64,000 nucleotides of DNA from Azolla caroliniana (taxonomy: Eukaryota > Plantae > Polypodiophyta), in assembly GCA_043228905.1 (NCBI GenBank), contig JBHGNT010000014.1, positions 5,456,001 to 5,520,000 of the forward strand, in the 5' to 3' direction. Under the pieces are notes generated by a model. The model saw only the letters and a program-made list of their open reading frames with translations, was not told where the DNA came from and searched no databases. Shown here piece by piece: positions 62,141 through 64,000 of this stretch (the stretch's first letter is position 1; the number at the start of each line of letters is the position of its first letter). The position numbers and the translations under genes were made by a program.

Positions 62141-63887
62141 TTACTGCCGGTCGCTTATCATAGCTCTTTGTCGGACATTGATTACTATAATGTCCTTCTT
62201 GTCGTCAATAATAGCAATATGCCTTCCGGGTATTGCTGGATTCGGCATTGTTTCCTGTACCCGGTGGAGGACCTGTGGTAACCACGGGGCTCTGGTCCGG
62301 TTGGGTGCTTGAGGCGCCTTTTTCCGGTTCCCGTGGGTGGCTCCCTTTTTTGAAATGCCGTTTTGTATTAAAGTTCTTTTTGTTGCGGTACCCTTGTTGG
62401 GGTTGGTCGTCATATCTCCCGTAATCTTCCCGTCGTTGGTGATACCCGGGGGAGTGATACCAGTTGTGATGCTCGTACCGTCCATTGTAATCTCGGTACT
62501 TGTCATATCTCTTGTACCGGTCATAGTTGTCTCGCCGATCGTCATACCGAACATCCTGTGCCGGTCGATATCACTCCTCTCACCGCCAACGTTCGTCCTC
62601 TTCGTCTCGGTTGCTACGTGGCTCGATTTGCCGGACTGGTGGTGCTTGCCGATTCAATAAAGTATATTCGCACCGATCCATCGTGTGGCTCGTAGAGTGT
62701 GCACTCCAATGACGAGTGTCCGGCGTTCAAGCAGGTCGTGCATTGGATTGCTTGCCGGAAACGGAGATCCTCATTGGTTGTTAACGCTCGTTGGAGGGCT
62801 CCCATTGTTAGCCAAGAGCTCGTTTTTCCATTTCACTAACCCGGTCGACGGTGCTTGTGCGAAATTCGATGACCATGCATACTGTTCGTAGAGGTTCCCG
62901 GAGCGCGGCTAATAATATAGCTCGTGTTTCTTCCTCCGAAGGTGCGCAGGTAAGCTGACTGTGCATCCGTTGAAACCGGATGACAAACTGTGGGATGCTC
63001 TCCCCGGGGTCCTGCTGGATGGTATAAAATAAGCCCACCATTTCTTGTTGGTCCACCTCCTTTTGAAAGAACTGCAAGAATTTGTCTTTTAGGTCCGCAA
63101 AGGTGGTGATGGTGCTGGGGTCCTGCGTTTGGTGCCATCTGGCGGCCGGTCCTTCCAATGTCACGCCGAATTCGGCTATCTTAGATCGTTCCTCTTTGGC
63201 CGCAATTAACCGTTGTGACACATGGTTCACCTCCCATGTTTTTTGAAACACGTGAACATGAGCCTTCGCGTCCGGGTCATCCCGATACTTGGAGTACTGA
63301 AACGGCATGTCGTCGTCCAGTGTCGGTACGTGGGCTAGCGGTATCGGTGGTCTTTCCTGTTGTTTCGTCGGCGTCGGAGGTCTTTGCCGGTCTTCCCTTG
63401 GTGTTGCCGGCTCGACTTCCGGTGTCGGAGGTCTTTCTTTGTCTTCTTCTGTCTCCGGAGGTTGCTCCACGTCTAGGGCCGGGGTTTCCCGGTCTGCCAA
63501 CTCTGGTTCCGGTGTCGGTACTGTATCTGACTCCTCATCCTCCGGTCCTCCTAGGGTGTCGTTACTGCTGCGATAGTTCGTGTGTGCGCTGTAACCCCCT
63601 TCCGAATCCGATTCCAGCGCTGAAAATGCTTCGGATTCGCGGTCTCTTCCGGCCAAGGCTTGGAGAAGGGATTCCACTTCCCGGAGACTGCTTAAGTTGC
63701 TTCCTTCGTCCGGGTAGGCATTTTGTTCCAGACGGAGCGACTCCTCCACCACTTTCCGGATCACTTTGGAAAATGATCGATCCGTTCGGATTTCTTCCGC
63801 TGCTTGCTGGAAAGCCTCTCGCCGCCTTCTCCATTCAGCAAGTCTTTGTGCTCTCTCCGTAATCGGGTCGTCTGTTGGCCTAGTCAT
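62141..63887 (-). pseudogene. G gag with zinc knuckles
   Basis: ORF 62808-63887 (TLEGPAARWH...FVIRFQ), then CTTCLNAGHSSLEC. Confidence 0.88.
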
Positions 63888-63923
63888 CCATTCCGCCGCT
63901 GTTCACTGCGATTGTGCAGGAAT

Positions 63924-63934
63924 TGTGGTCGCCA
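63924..63934 (-). promoter_or_regulatory. Canonical PBS, tRNA-Arg(UCG)-like
   Basis: TGGCGACCACA, 7 nt after the 5' LTR; matches the recalled tRNA end ...TGTGGTCGCCA. Confidence 0.75.
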
Positions 63935-63941
63935 AAAACTA

Positions 63942-64000
63942 TGTTACTCCTAGGGCCGGACAACAGCCTAACACAGGGTGTCCACTTAAGACACTTCACC
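63942..64000 (-). repeat. 5' LTR of G (cut by the window edge)
   Basis: Direct repeat of 47728-47786. Confidence 0.92.

Larger units (their letters stand above)
47728..64000 (-). mobile_element. Near-complete non-chromovirus Ty3/gypsy G (gag-PR-RT-RH-INT plus 3' extra ORF) with three nested insertions
   Basis: TGTTACTCCTAGGG LTR ends at 47728 and 63942; domain order; no chromodomain or second RNase H seen. Confidence 0.93.

Overview
Eukaryotic land-plant genomic DNA (element types suggest a seed-free plant such as a fern, lycophyte or bryophyte; this is inference). About 90% of the window is nested LTR retrotransposons. It holds at least 8 Ty1/copia copies or fragments (tRNA-iMet PBS, 5-bp TSDs), one of them very young with LTRs identical by eye (48942-54290). 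One Ty3/gypsy family has TGTCGTGA...CGCGACA LTRs, a tRNA-Trp PBS and 4-bp TSDs (a gag-only copy, a pol fragment and two solo LTRs). A second, non-chromovirus gypsy family has a tRNA-Arg PBS and a large 3' extra ORF (near-complete copy 47728->64000 plus three fragments). There is also a 5'-truncated LINE and one AT-rich island (about 37.6-41.0 kb) with a probable host gene for a small PKRGQVK-motif protein. Most striking: the second gypsy family has no polypurine tract. Two nucleotides before its 3' LTR, its sense strand instead carries the 3' end of mature tRNA-Arg(UCU), including CCA and a separate T-arm block. This is an inverted second primer-binding site, conserved in two diverged copies (48190-48228 and 14640-14679). 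It suggests tRNA priming of both DNA strands. tRNA assignments rest on recalled plant tRNA 3' ends, and boundaries marked approximate were read by eye.
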